DNA from: Squalus acanthias
Taxonomy: Eukaryota
Assembly: GCA_030390025.1 (NCBI GenBank)
Contig: CM059432.1
Location: 30,754,001 to 30,818,000, forward strand
Reading direction: 5' to 3'
DNA length: 64,000 nt
A program made the position numbers and the translations under genes. Shown here piece by piece: positions 12,147-25,950 of this stretch; positions within the stretch are counted from its first letter, which is position 1; each line of letters starts with the position of its first letter. A model generated the notes under the pieces. The model was not told where the DNA came from and made no database searches. It saw nothing but the letters and a program-made list of their open reading frames with translations.

Positions 12147-13036
12147 GGGGGGGAAATTCGGTTGGTTTGCGCCTCCCATTAGCGCCTTAAGAGGGCGTTA
12201 ATGGGGCGCAAAGCAACTAGCGCCTGGGCGCGGCGATGTTTGCGCCACTCGCGAAATTGACCAGACATTTTGCAGCGGTGCTAAACAGTACCACCATGAT
12301 CTCCTGCGCCCGCAGATCGTGACATCAGTCGAGCGTGCAACTCCCCGGTAGCGCCCCGGACTGGATATTGAGTGGCGCCCCCTGCCTTACCGCCTGCCAC
12401 TAGCAACAACAGGTTGCGGGGAGCGTTTTGCAGTCGGGAAGGGACTGGGGGAGCGCTATTTAAAGGCGACCGCTTCCTGCCTTTTTTGTCGGCGACATTT
12501 TTGCACCACGCATTCTGAGTGAGAAAGAGAGACTTCTGGAGATATTCAATGCTGTGTGAAGGAGTTTTGGGTACTGAGCAGCACTTTGCAGGTTCATTTT
12601 GATTTGATCTTCCTTGCATCGATTTAGAAGAGACTCGGGGGGCTGCACTCTGAGCTCTTTCCCTGGGCCTCTCCATTGTTCTTTCCAGCAGATTTGATGT
12701 ACAGGTCTCTCCAGGCCGAGAGTCAAGGCTGCAATGAGCAGGGTGTGGATGGAGAGGAAGAGCGACCCACCCCTTTAAGAATTGGCTGCGCCAGTGTGTC
12801 TGTGTTCCATTGCTGACTGACATCACATGAGCTTCGCCAGCGCTCTGAGGTAGCGCCTCGCTCCTCGGCGTTAGCGCCTTAAGAGAGGTGTGTAGCACCT
12901 GATTTAGCGCTCCAATCACCTCCAGGGGTGATAGAAGCCAAGTTTGCATTCGGAGGCGATAGTTAGCACCGGGCACTAAACATTGCGCCCAGCCAATAAT
13001 TGCGCCCCAAACGGGGCGATACCGTATTTCTCCCCC
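12147..13036 (-). mobile_element. Non-autonomous internal-deletion derivative of the copy 1/2 Harbinger family, inverted
   Basis: Both ends match copy 1 termini in reverse; retains only the Myb start (MERPRERAQ); TTG duplication. Confidence 0.85.
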
Positions 13037-14133
13037 TTGGTCTGTACCTTTGGAGACATATGGGCTGGATTTTGTCAGCCCCGAGGAGGCGGGTATGGAG
13101 GCGGGACTACCGGTAAAGTTGCAGAATTTGGGGGCGGTTAGCAAATCCGCCCCCGACCCGCCTCCGTGCCCTCTTGCCAGGAGGCGGGAAGCCGTCCTGC
13201 CCCGGGTCCAGTCTCCTCGAGGCGGGAAAGGGATTAAAGCCTATTAACTGCCTGTCAACAGGTAGTTAACAGGCAGAAAATAGGATTATCCCCATTTTTC
13301 CTTCCGAAGTGCAGTCTTCCCAACCTCGGGGAACCCCGCCAGGGTGTAGGGGACGAGTAGGGGGTCGGAGGGGTCTGAAAGTGCGATGTAGAGGTGAGTG
13401 ATGGGGGCAAGTGTGGAGTGCTAAGTATGTAAGGTGAGTGTAAAGTGTTAGAAAATGTTCACTTACCTTTGTTTCTGCCTTCAGCCGCTGTGGAGCCGGA
13501 GTCCTGACATCTCCATTGTAGATCATAGAATCATAGAAAGTTACAGCACTGAAGGAGGCCATTTCGGCCCATCGTGTCCGCGCCGGCCAACAAAGAGCTA
13601 TCCAGCCTAATCCCACTTCCCAGCTCTTGGTCCGTAGCCCTGCAGGTTAGAGCATCCCAAGTACACATCCAAATACTTTTTAAATGTGGTTAGTGTTTCT
13701 GCCTCTACCATCCTTTCAGGCAGTGAGTTCCAGACTTCCACAACCCTCTGGGTGAAGAAATTTCCCCTCAAATCTCCTCTAAACCTTCCACCAATTACTT
13801 TAAACCTGTGCCCCCTGGTTTTAGACCCCTCTGCTAAGGGAAATAGGTCATTTCTATCCACTTTATCTAGGCCCCTCATAATTTTATACACCTCAATAAG
13901 GGCTCCCCTCAGCCTCCTCTGTTCCAAGGAAAACAAACCCAGCCTATCCAGTCTTTCCTCATAGCTAAGATTCTCTACTCCTGGCAACATCCTTGTAAAT
14001 CTCCTCTGTACCCTCTCTAGTGCAATCACATCTTTCCTGTAATGTGGTGACCAGAACTGCACGCAGTACTCTAGCTGAGGCCTAACTAGTGTTTTATACA
14101 GTTGAAACATAACCTCCCTGCTCTTGTATTCTA

Positions 14134-14452
14134 TTGAGAGGTCGCACAACACCAGGTTATAGTCCAACAGTTTTATTTGAAATCACAAGCTTTCGGAGCT
14201 ATCGATTGCCCCTTCCTCAGGTGAAGTAAATAGATACAGAATCGCCAAAGCATATATAGATAGAGAACAAAGCATGTGTACCTTACAATTGCAGACAACT
14301 AAATTAAATCATCCTTACTATCTGCCGAGGTGTGATAAAGTTAATCAGGTCAGCCAGGAAGGTACCACATCAAAGACATAGCACGATACAACTGAGACAA
14401 TGAGGTGGAGTCGCAGGGGGTCTAACGTGTCAATAAATAGATACAGAATCCA
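14134..14452 (-). mobile_element. Penelope family B pLTR fragment inserted in CR1
   Basis: Reverse complement of ~23320-23613; CR1 sequence resumes on both sides. Confidence 0.85.
14183..14224 (-). ncRNA. Minimal hammerhead ribozyme (Penelope family B)
   Basis: Minus strand TCAC-CTGAGGA-a-GGGGC..GCTCC-GAAA-GCTT-GTGA. Confidence 0.75.
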
Positions 14453-16359
14453 TGGCTAATAAAGGCAAGCATTCTGTATGCCTTCTTAACCACCTTATCT
14501 ACCTGGCCTGCTACCTTCAGGGATCTGTGGACATGCACTCCAAGGTCCCTTTGTTCCTCTACACTACTCAGTGTCCTACCATTTAATTTGTATTCCCTTT
14601 CCTTGTTAGCCCTCCCCAAATGCATTACCTCACACTTCTCTGGATTGAATTCCATTTGCCACTGTTCTGCCCACCTGACCAATTTATTGATATCTTCCTG
14701 CAGTCTACAGCTTCCTTCTTCAGTATCAACCACACAGCCGACTTTAGTATCATCTGCAAACTTCTTAATCATACCCCCTATATTCAAGTCTAGATCATTG
14801 ATATATACCACAAAAAGCAAGGGACCTAGTACTGAGCCCTGCAGAATCCCATTGGAAGCAGCCTTCCAGTCACAAAAACATCCATCAACCATTACCCTCT
14901 GCTTCCTGCCTCCGAGCCAGTTTTGAATCCAAATTGACACTTTACCCTGGATCCCATAGGCTTTTAACTTCGTGACCAGTCTGCCATGTGGAACCTTATC
15001 AAAAGCCTTGCTAAAGTCCATATACACTACATCAAATGCACTACCCTCATCTACCCTCCTTGTTACCTCCTCAAAAAATTCAATCAAGTTTGTCAGACAC
15101 GACCTTCCCTTAACAAATCCGTGCTGACTATCCTTGATTAATTCGTGTCTTTCTAAATGAAGATTTATCCTGTCCTTCAGAATTCTTTCCAATAATTTTC
15201 CCACCACCAAGGTTAGGCTGACTGGCCTGCAATTACTCGGTCTATCCTTTTCTCCCTTTTTAAACAAGGGTACCACATTAGCAGTCCTCCAGTCCTCCGG
15301 CACCACACCTGAAGCCAGTGAGGATTGGAAAATGATGGTCAGGGCCTCTGCTATTTCCTCTTTTGCTTCGCCTAATAGCCTGGGATACATTTTATCCGGG
15401 CCTGGGGATTTATCCACTTTTAAAGCTGCTAAACCCTCCTTCCTCTCTCACTATGTTTATTTCATCTAATATTTCACACTCCTCCTCCCTGATAGCAATG
15501 TCTGCTTCGCCCCTCTCCTTTGTGAAAACAGATGCAAAGTATTCATTAAGATCCCTACCGACAACTCCCGCCTCCACTCACAGATTACCCTCATGATCTC
15601 TAATAGGCCCTACCCTTTCTTTAGTTATCCTCTTACTCTTAATATAATTATAAAACATCTTTGGGTTAACCTTGATTTTACTTGCCAAGAATTTTTCATG
15701 CTCTCTCTTTGCTTTCCTAATATCCTTTTTAATTGCACCCCTGCACTTTCTGTACTCCTCTAAATATTCTGGAGTATTTAGCCCTCGGTATCTGTCATAC
15801 GCCTCCCTTTTTTTCTTTATCCTACCCTGAATGTCCCTAGAAATCGAGGGGGCTCTAGATTTGTTAGTCATAGACATCACAGATATCACAGACTGGCTGT
15901 TGGATCCTCTGAGCCAACAGCCAGGTGATTTCTGCAAAGTTGAAAGGTTTGATGAGTCCTGAACACAAGGGCTCATCAAACTACACAGAATGTCTGTTTG
16001 ACAGCTTCACAGAGCTGTCAAATGATGACATTTCTTCTTTCAAAAGTTCTTGACAGATGGCACGTCATATGTTTACGTGCTCTGTCACTGACTTCCCAAT
16101 AATTGGTCTGCTGAGCCCGCTGGGCGGGCTTAACAAGGTCAATCAGGGGAAAATCCCGCTGATTGGCCAGAAGCTGATGGAGGTGGGATTAGAAGCCGGC
16201 AAGCAGCAGTCCCACCTCCAAAAGCTTCCCATTGAGAAAATCCAGCCCATAGCATTACTTATCCATGGGTCTGCAGCCAAACTTGGAGAATCATCACTGT
16301 TGGGCAACTGCACATGCAGAGTTGTTCTTGTGTTGCCCAGTCTATAACCAGATAGAAAA

Positions 16360-16705
16360 CATAATCTCGGCTGACTATCCAGTGCAGTACTGAGGGAGTG
16401 CTGCACTGTCATAGGTGCCACCTTTTGGATGAGACTCCATCTTCGCTCTCAGGTGACATAAAGCATCCCATGCACTTTTGGAAAAAGGGCAGGGGAGGTC
16501 TCTCTGGTGTCCTGGTTGGCAGTTATCCTTCAACCAACACCACTAAAATAAATTAACAGGTAATTTATCTCATCTGCTGTTTGTGGAACCTTGCTGTATA
16601 CAAATTGGCTGCTGTATTTCCCTACATTACAACAGTGACTACACTCGCTGTGATGCACTTTATGATGTTGTGAAAGGCACTTCTATAAATGCAAGTTCTT
16701 TCTCT
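16360..16705 (+). mobile_element. Deu-domain SINE (SacSINE1-like)
   Basis: cagtgcagtactgagggagtgctgcactgtc ... tgctgtttgtgg.accttgctgt...aaattggctgc...cctacattacaacagtgactacact; related copies at 38585-38865, 45170-45425 and 46150-46365. Confidence 0.7.
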
Positions 16706-18023
16706 TTCTGTTTATGGGTCATGTTTACAGAATGAGTTCTATAGGAAATGGGTTCATAATTTAAAAGCGACATCAAATCGTGAGTAATTTATCAAAGTTC
16801 ATTATTTTACCAAATATTACTAGAATGACATCCATTTGACAAAAGCTCAATGTTTGCATGAACAGGAGCACCACAACAAATAGTGCAATTAGGGCTTGAA
16901 AGGTCAGATGCAGAAATCTATTGTGATTAAGGTTTCAAAATGTCTTTGCATGTGAATCAATCAGTAATGATTTTCCTCAGCCAAAATCTTCTGAACTATT
17001 AAATGTCACAAAATCAGATTAACAAACTAGATTGTTTTCTCTTTGAAATATTATGATCTGCTCTTGCGTTTTAACTCCTCAAGTGCAGTGGATCAGATTA
17101 CTGGTCTGGATGATGCTTGGCTGTCTGTGTAGCGCCTTCTGATTTGGACCCAATTTTTGTATTAAAGGTATGGTCACTCATATGTCAATTTTCATATCAG
17201 GGAGAGCACAGTTTTCCTTATGTGTCTTTATTTTATTGTTAAATGGTCTTAGGTGTTCATTTTAGTACAGTAATAGAGTCGTTACTGATGTTTGAGTCCG
17301 TTTTATTACAGTAATATTAGTGTCTGTGTCAATGTCATACTCCATGAGCTGAAAACAAACAAAACTAGTCATCCAGTGGAGGCAGGTGTTTTCCTCAAGC
17401 TATCGATGATATAAAATTTACGTAGCATTGCAACCAACCTGACACCTAAACAAGCTGATGGCAGGAGAAGCAAACTAATTTGTGTGAGGCCCATGATGTA
17501 GATGTCCTTTGGGTTTCCATTTCCTCTTCAGTTTTTGACTATTTGCCACTGCAGTTAGTCGCAAACATTACTTTTGCATCAGCAATTTCATGTGGAAATG
17601 GAAAGATTTAATAACTGCAAGAACACACTTCCTGTGAAAAGGAGAACCTTGTGCTTTATTATTTCTCACTGGAGACTTGTTAGGAGGGTGAAAAGGTTGG
17701 AGATTGTAGTGTTCGGGCATTCTCTCCGGGTAATACAGAAACTTGTGATTTCTGTGGATGGAATATATTTTACAGGCGCAGCTAGAATTCGGAATTAAAG
17801 AAGCAATTCTCCGACTTTGCTCCTCTGGTGAAGAACCTCATCCACTGAGAACGCAGATCGGAAATTTGGGCGTGTGCCAAGCATGGTCTTACGAGAATTC
17901 GTTTCAAGTGGATGAAAAATCATTCGCAGCATTAACACAAATTTCTGAATTGCATTCCTGGCATGCAAGACACTGCACCAGAAGTGTGAAATGGAACATT
18001 AACCCTTCAATTTTCTGACACAT

Positions 18024-18708
18024 TGGCCCTTACCTGAGGGCTCCCGGGACGTGCACAGTTCCGATGCTGGGCCTCTCCAAACTGCAAGAGTGCAGGGCTC
18101 ACATATTCCAGAGGCGCATGTAGTTTGCAGCGTCCCTGGGATCACGTGGGCCATGGGGAGCCAATCACAGAAGGGAATTTCCCTTCATACATTTGACAGG
18201 AAGACCTTTCAAATATATGAATGGAGATCAATGAAAAAACATAGTAAAACTTTAAATAATTTTTTTTAATCACATCTTTAAAATGACTTGAAATTACAAT
18301 AAATTAAGTATTTTAAACAAAAATGTAATTAAAAAAAAAATAATTAAAGTATTTTACGGGGCTAAAAATAAACTTACCTTTTTTTAAAGTATTTTTAAAT
18401 GTTAAATTAGTGAAAATTTTTTTTTACTTTTTTCAACTGTTATCCTGGTAAAAGCAGGCCTTACACTTTTACCAGGCGTAAGAATTGTAAGGGTTTTCTG
18501 CGGGCGGAGGGTCTCCAAAAAGCGAAACTATCCGCCCGCAGAGGCCCTTCTCCAGGGCAGCCGGAGGATCTGTCAAGACCATTCTTGACAGATCGGAAAT
18601 GCCGGTTTTCAGCGCATGCGCTGTGCATGCCTGAAACCGGCATTTCCGATATCCCTACGGGTGGGTGCACAGCGCATACACACCCATAGGGATCGGAATA
18701 TCTGGCCC
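18024..18708. mobile_element. MITE with internal palindrome, related to 47579-48336 (left end uncertain)
   Basis: Shared blocks (cgtccc.gggatcacgtgggccatgg, A/T tract, palindrome) and terminal ..ATCTGGCCC. Confidence 0.65.
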
Positions 18709-20727
18709 ATTGTCTACTTACAAGTCTCGGGCAAGATTTAATTCCGTTCTCTGTCTCCAGTAAATGCCATTTGCTATTTGTGACATTTAAGCAGCCAGCC
18801 ACCTTTTTAATTTCAATTATTTAGCAGTTGTTATGCCAATTAAGTGCCAGGTTTGTTAAATTGGTGGCCTCTGTTGCCTTCGCATCAGAAGGTTGCAGGT
18901 TCAGGTCTCGCCTCATGAATTGAGCATGTAATCTGGGCCGACACTTCACTGCGGCAATGAGCTGCTGCTGCATGGTCGAAAGAAGGCATTAACCTTAGGC
19001 AACAGAACGATAAAGACCCAGTGACACAATTCAAAGAAGGGTAGAGTTCTTGTATCCTGAAAAAAACTGCAAATACCGAAAATCTGAAATAAATTGCTGG
19101 AATTGCACAGCAGGTTCATCAACATATGAACCTCCCCCTGCCCCCGAAAAAAAAGACAGGGTAATCTTTCAAATGTAGACCCGTCACCAGAACAGATCTA
19201 CACCCATAGTGTTAACCTTTTCTCTTTTCAGATGCTGTTAGACCTGCTGGAATAAAAATTCATTTCCCCCCCCCCCCCGAAAACGAATGCTGGGATCGAG
19301 ATGCATGATCAACCCACGCCTGTTCAAAGTAATGCAGGCACATGCTAACTTCATGCTGCCTGCTGATTAACATGTTTGTGGCGTTCAGCCCAGCACTGAA
19401 CAGACTGCTGAGTGGCTGAACATTCTGCATAGGGCCCAAGTTCGTGTGAGGCTATCACCAATTAAAGCTACCCTGCACTTCTTAAAGGCAGTCTGCACCT
19501 CTTAAAGGTCATTCAAATAGCTGGGGAAGAGAGTTAGAGCAGCAAAAAAAAAACAATGATGCCACAATAGGGGAGAGAGCAGGCTCCAAGGTTCTCCAAT
19601 GCAGCACTGGAGGCCTTGGTGCAGAAGGTGAACATGAGAAGAGAGGTACTGTTTCCACAGGGGGCTAGGAGGCCCTCCAGGCAACTGCGTAAAATCCAAT
19701 GGGAATAGATAGCCGTTATGGTGAATGCCAGCAGCATAGCCCCAAAGACCTGGACACAGTGCAGGAAGAAGTTTAATGACCTCACAGGTGTGGTCAAGGT
19801 CAGTGAATTCATCTTCAAATGCCATATCCTGTACCACAACTCCATCACTCACATACCAACAATCTCTACCAAACACGATTCATACCTCACATTCGTAGCT
19901 TCACCTCACCCTCACACACTTACCACTGCTGCAAGTCTCACACCCATATCTCACAGCTTGCATACACTGTCAGCTATTCAACCATGACAGGCATATCATC
20001 CAAACACATTGCTCCACACTCACTGACACAATTCACATTCTCTTGAAGGACAAGGTGGCTCACAACCGGTGCCAGCAGGCCCTAACTGGTGGGGGACAGG
20101 CGTGCCTGCATAACCTGACCCCGATGGAGGAGACGGTGCTGGCCATTATTGGGAGGGCTATCACTTAACCCGTGGACAGCTGCGGCGCTGAAAGAATACA
20201 AGATGCCGGTATCCTCATATGTAATCTTCCTTTTCACATCCCACTACCCGCTCATCCCACAATATCTTCTGATTTACAAGCTGCACATGGTGTTAGCATG
20301 CACTTCAATTTCCAAGCACCACCCCCCACCCCGCCTCCCTCACCACAACCTCAGCCTTGTGCCTTTCTCCTTTCAGACAGCCAAGAACTGACACCTGGCC
20401 AGGCACTGGTGGAGCAGCATGAAATAGAAGAGCACCAAAGCACTGATGATGAAGACACAGTATCGTCACTCAGTTTCACACTTGCAGCCACCAGTTCAGA
20501 TATTGGCACTCCACATAGTTTAGAAGATAGGTTAGAGGCAGGGTTGGCACATGGTGGGACACCGGGCACGAGTGGCCTGTAGCCAGGGGAGGGGGAAAAT
20601 GTAGCATAGGTGCCAGCTCCCTGGAGGACGAGGTCGCACACGAGTTCTGCTGCAGAGGACTCAGATGAGGACTTCGATGGGGTCGCCTACAGAAGAAGGC
20701 TGATGGCTATGCACAATTAAATGCTTG

Positions 20728-22528
20728 GGGCGAGAAATTCATATACTTACCGCCACCTGCTAGCGCCGGCGATTCTCGAAAAAATGGTGGCTGCCGCTCT
20801 TGTGCCAGCTGGAGGCAGTCCCCATGGCAGCCATCATATTCATGGGCCCCTTTGTGCCGCCGATTACTGGCAGTGCCCTGTAAAAAAAAATGGCGGCGTA
20901 GTGACGTCAGTCGGCGTGCAATGCCAACTTAACATCACCTACGCGAACTTCGACCCTAGTGCTCAATTCAGCGCTGGCTCCTAAGCATGCCAGGTTAACC
21001 TGGCGTGCATGCAGGCTGACAGGTGCTGACAGGGGCGATATCTGCAGCTGTTAAAGGGACACACACATCAATCAGGTAAGTTTGAATCGAAGGGTTTGGC
21101 CTTGGTTTTTTGGATTTTATTGAAGTGGTAGCTTGCTGCAATATATGTGAAAAGTTTTTTTTAAGTGTTTTGGGAGTGCTGCTGGACACGTGCAAGGGCT
21201 CGGATGGTAAGTGAAAGCCTTTGAGAAGACAGAACATGCTGCGAATACTCAACAGGTCACGTTACATCCGTGGAGTTCACGTCTCAGGTCGACATGCTGC
21301 CTGACCAACTGAGAGTATTTGCAGCATCTTATGCTGTCATTTCACATTTACAGCATTCGCTAGCAGAGGGAAAAGGAAGATACAGCAGAGGAAGAAGCAA
21401 AAGAGGAGGAATCAGATGCAAGAATGCATTCCAGACAGCCCCTTTGTGGCCGGGATATCTGGGATGGAATCATCTGCCTGTGGTCCCAATGGCTAAGAAG
21501 GCTACCTTGCCTGTTGACCCACTGGCTGGGCAGGCTGCATTTCTTGGGTGTGTGAAATGAGGAAGACACAAGGGTGGAGTTGTACTGACGGGAGGACGAG
21601 AAACCTAGAGGTGCATGCCAGAAGGGGGATAACGTACGAGGATACCCGCATCTTTCAGCCCCGCCCCTGCCAAGAATGGCCTGCACCGTCTCCTCCAAGG
21701 GGGTGAGGTGATGCTAGGAATGGTAGATGTGCCTCGTCATTGGTGCAGATTGTTGGGAGCTGAGTGATTGGGGACTCCTGCATTGAGCAGTGTGTGAGGT
21801 TAGTGGTGCAGTTGGTAGGTAATGGCTTTGGAAGATGCATTCACTGGCCTTGACCAGTGGTCTGAGGTTATGAAGCTTCTTTCGACACTGGAGCCAGGTG
21901 TTGAGGGCGACAATGCTGGCAGTGATGGCCTTGGTGATGTGGTCCCACATTGTTCTTTCTGGAGGGCCTCCTGGCCCCTGTGGGTAGAGGGGCAGTCTTG
22001 CAGTGTTGACCCCCTGCACAAAGCTGGAATGCTGCGTGCGAGACCCTGGGTGCCCCTTCCCTGGCTTGCTGAGCCATTTCTGTTAGTGCTGAAGCAGTTT
22101 TCCCATTTGTTCTTGAGGAAGGTAATTCAGCTTTAAGAGCTGAATAATCACATTTGAAACTTCTTTTAAATATTGAACATTTGTAAAAATGTACTGAATC
22201 AGTGCAATTTATTTTGTCTTGCTTTAATGTGTGTGGCCCCTTTAAATTTCAGAGCTCCTCACTGCCCACAATGCATTGCGAGCTTCACAGACTCGCACAC
22301 AGGCGCTCGGGGAAGCATCAATGCCGCACCAGGACTACAAATTGATCTCGGCTCCCTCGTGCAACACCACCAGGACGGCGTTGTACCTAAGGTTAGCGCT
22401 GTGCCACCTACCTCCATGCCCCCCCACACCAATTTAAGTTGGTTAGTGCTGCGGCCATTTCAGGCGGCCGTTAATGACAGTTAGCGGTGACACCGACTGC
22501 TTTGCCGGCGATCACCAATTTTTCCCCC
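20728..22528 (-). mobile_element. Harbinger derivative with minus-strand Myb remnant, nested in copy C
   Basis: GGGCGAGAAATT...AATTTTTCCCCC, TTG duplication, AREGAPRVS and WLQCRKKLHNL remnants at 21850-22077. Confidence 0.75.
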
Positions 22529-22931
22529 TTGATGTACTGGCAGGCCTGCCAGAAAGCCTGAGTGCAATGTCAAGGAGCATGGAAGAGCCCGGCACCAACC
22601 TTGCACAGGGCTTTGCGCAGAGCTTCCATGATTTCCAGCGTGCATGTGCACTTGTGGACCCAACATCTGATGGCTGAGGTCTCAGCTTCCATTGCCGCAC
22701 AAGCAGAAGTCACCCAACGTCAGAGTGTTGCAGTGGAAGCTCAGTCTTCTGTCATGCAAGCTCAGACTGCTGCCATTGTGGCTGCATTTACCAGTGTGGA
22801 ATGGGGCTTGCAGGGTGTCACAGCAGTCAAGCAAACTGCACTCCAACAGATTACTTGGAATGCTGAGGTGCTGCCCTGGGGGAGTGGCAGTGGCTCCGTG
22901 GAGCACAAACCTGCTGTCCTCTCTCAGGATG

Positions 22932-23613
22932 CAGACCATGCAGACACTGAGACAACGTATGAACGAGCACCGCGCAACAATCGCCAGGCAGGATTGTTAC
23001 CTCCCAGTCGGGGAACACTTCAGCAGTCAAGGACATTCAGCCTCGGATCTGCGGGTAAGCGTTCTCCAAGGCAACCTTAGAAACACACGACAACGCAAAA
23101 TCATCGAGCAGAAACTGATAGCCAAGTTCCGCACTCATGAAGACGGTCTCAATCGGGATCTTGGGTTTATGTCACGATACATGACGTGATCCGGACTCGA
23201 GTCGTCGTTAGCTTGTTCACAGATGTGATTCCCAGTAAAAAAGTAAAAATTTTCCCAGTAAAAAAGTAAAAAAATGTTAAAGCTTTTCGTTTTACATACA
23301 GACGGCAGCTTTTGACACGTTAGAACCCCTGCGACTACACCTCATTGTCTCAGTTGTATCTTGCTATGTCTTTGATGTGGTACCTTCCTGGCTGACTTAA
23401 TTAACTTTATCACACCTCAGCAGATAGTCAGGATGATTTAATTTATTGGTCTGCAATTGTAAAGTACACATGCTTTGTTTTCCATCTATATATGCTTTGG
23501 AGATTCTGTATCTAATTTACTTCACCTGAGGAAGGAGCAAATCGATAGCTCCGAAAGCTTGTGATTTCAAATAAAACTGTTGGACTATAACCTGGTGTTG
23601 TGCGACCTCTCAA
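22932..23613 (+). mobile_element. Penelope family B 3' fragment (GIY-YIG C-terminus plus pLTR)
   Basis: TMQTLRQRMNEHR...PVGEHF...EQKLIAKFRT...GLNRD; 13-bp TSD CTCTCTCAGGATG (22919-22931 / 23614-23626). Confidence 0.9.
23522..23564 (+). ncRNA. Minimal hammerhead ribozyme (Penelope family B)
   Basis: TCAC-CTGAGGA-a-GGAGC aaatcgata GCTCC-GAAA-GCTT-GTGA; all stems intact; palindrome AAGCTT; AATAAA immediately downstream. Confidence 0.8.
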
Positions 23614-24099
23614 CTCTCTCAGGATGACAGCATTCGTCCTCCCACCACTGCCACTCTGCCAGTGCCCTTGCTGTTGCCTGTCAGCCAGCCAGCCCAGACT
23701 GCTGCCACCCACGCCGAGCCACCAATGCTGACGTGCTGCAGTCCGCAGCCGGGCCTTCTAGGCCCAGAGCTGCTCAAAGTCGTCCGGCAGGGTCATCTGC
23801 AGTCTCCCCCACTAAGAGTCAACCTTCCACCAGCCCTGCTGCAGCCACTGGGGTAGCACTTCGTTGGAGCACTAGGACAGGCAAAGGCACACGGGAGACA
23901 GGCACTAAGGGAATGCACAAGGGTGATTAGTTGACTTTGTTATGTAATGTTGGATGGATTGATGTATAAAGTTGGATGAGAATGTTTCTTTTGTGGTGGC
24001 TTTTATTTCATCATTGTGGCCAAGAGGACGCTGTGATGGTCGATAACAGAGGGAAGGGAAGGTATGGGACTAATGTGGAAAGGGGAATTGGGGTTGCAT

Positions 24100-24194
24100 T
24101 CACTGGAACCACCGTCGTATGAGTCGATCACAGACAGCCCGGGCAGAAAGGGGCTGTCTGGGTTGCCTCCTCCCTTCCGCTTCCTCTTCTTCTG

Positions 24195-24225
<31 letters not shown>

Positions 24226-24805
24226 CTCCTCCTCCTCCTCCTCCTCCTCAGCTGGTTGCTGTATGCCTGGTGACAAGGGCTGTGCGCTCATGATGGCGAG
24301 GTTGTAGAGCATGCAGCAGACCACGATGAATCTTGAGTACTGCAGGGCTCCTCCAGAGCGGTCCAGGCAGCAGAAGCGTTGTTTAAGGATGCCAATGCTG
24401 CTCTATCAGATTCCGTGTGGCAGCATGGCTTTCATTGTACGCATGCTGCCCACGTGTGCATGGGATGCGCAGCAGAGTCATGAGCCAGGTGGTCGGCCGA
24501 TAGCCCTTGTCACCCAGTAGCCACCCTGTGATTTGTCATGGTGGCTCAAAGACTGAGGGAACAGTGGACTGTTGCAGAATAAAAGCATTATGACTGTTGC
24601 CAGGATACTGGGCATTCACCATTATGATGTGCTGAGCATGGTCGCACACCAGCTGCACATTCAGCGAGTGGTAACCTTTGCGGTTGCAGTACATCTCAGC
24701 ATTTAGAGACGGTGCCCGCAAAGCCACGTGCATGCAGTCGATGGCGCTCTGCAGCATGGGCAAGCCCGCTATCCTGGCAGAGCCACTTGCACGTTCCGCC
24801 TGCAT
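24100..24805 (-). pseudogene. Degenerate Harbinger transposase of copy C
   Basis: SAIDCMHVALRAP, NRKGYHSLNVQLVCD, VCCMLYNLA and acidic tail; broken reading frame. Confidence 0.85.
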
Positions 24806-24958
24806 CTCCAGTTTTGAAGATGAAAATGGCAGCTTGCCCTACCGCCCTCCAGATGGTGTCCAGCGTGGCCCACACCAGTATTGCGCGCACATGGCGCGGA
24901 TGCCATTTTCGACACAAAACGGCACCTGTAGCGCCTAAAAATCAGGCGCTACAGAGCC

Positions 24959-25946
24959 TGTAAAGTTTCCAAAATTTGCAGATCCCCAAAAATCTAAGGG
25001 AAAAAAAATAAGGACTTTGGAACTTTAAAGGAACATGTCTGGACATGTACAGCACGTGGATCTACCTCTGTGAATAGTAGGCTTGAGGATTGCATTGTCT
25101 GGGAATTCAAAGCCCAGCAAACATTGACATTTGGACAATAGGTCCTGGGAGAAGGCCGCCCCACCCAAAACACAGAACCCATAGGAATGCTAGGCCCAGC
25201 AAGGAACCCAAAACATGAGAACAATGCAAATTTCCATAAAACAACAGCTCAACAGGACGCAAGCCATTTGACTCAGTAAAAGCCGTTACTGTAACGAGGT
25301 TTTTCAATTGACCAGGATTTGATTTGGTTTAGCATAGTTGAAGGCCCATCAAAATTTAACAAGACAATGAATAGGCCTCACGTGAAACCAACTCACTTCA
25401 TTACGAAACCAGTTTTCGTGAGGAGTTTTGGGGGGGGGGCGAAAAGGACTATAATTGCAGCATGACCCAAGACTTCTTTCTCTTTTGACTCGCCGACAAC
25501 GCTGGCACAACTCTCCCTCTCAGCTCTGCCCAGAAGCCGCATGGTAAAGGAAGACATTCGATGACCAGAATCACCATCAACTTACCTGACTGGATTTCGT
25601 ACTGTTAATACCCCTGTTTGGTGAGCATTATCGCTGATCTCCTGAAACCGAAACCTAGCTAGAAAGTGGGATTTTTGGGAGGGATAAAGGTTTTTCTTGT
25701 ATACTGTCATTCTCCCTCGCTTGTAACCGTGTGTTCCCCAAACCTGTTTAAGTGTGAAGTGTGTTTAAGTTTGTTACCTTTTATTTTTAATAAAAGTTAT
25801 AATTCTTTCATCAGAACCTGTTGTCTACTGCTTCTTTATTCACAACCCCTAAATAAGTCCAAGTTTTGAACCTGGGGCGTGGGAGCGATTCGAACCGCTC
25901 ACTGAGTCAGGGGAAAGGCTGACCCCTACCACCACCACCCCCTACA
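24959..25946 (+). repeat. 5' LTR
   Basis: TGTAAAG...CCTACA; ACTATAATT ~25448, AATAAA 25789; roughly 20 differences from the 3' LTR counted by eye. Confidence 0.95.
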
Positions 25947-25950
25947 AAAA

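Larger units (their letters stand above)
13523..15869 (-). mobile_element. CR1 LINE, 5'-truncated, RT portion of ORF2, interrupted by a Penelope B end
   Basis: [61 protein letters not shown]; (catagaat)n tail. Confidence 0.93.
13062..16248. mobile_element. Harbinger-type MITE split by a CR1 insertion
   Basis: Perfect 12-bp TIR GGGCTGGATTTT / AAAATCCAGCCC, the same TIR as 36174-36841. Confidence 0.65.

Noticed and set aside
12281..13144. 287-aa minus-strand ORF
   Set aside because: GC-rich Harbinger terminal sequence spanning two elements; chance open frame
22692..23189. 165-aa ORF as a novel Harbinger-Penelope fusion gene
   Set aside because: Accidental junction; the Harbinger part is in a non-coding frame and a 13-bp TSD explains it
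24180..24250. (CCT)n tract giving poly-Leu/Ser/Glu ORFs
   Set aside because: Expanded acidic tail of a dead Harbinger transposase
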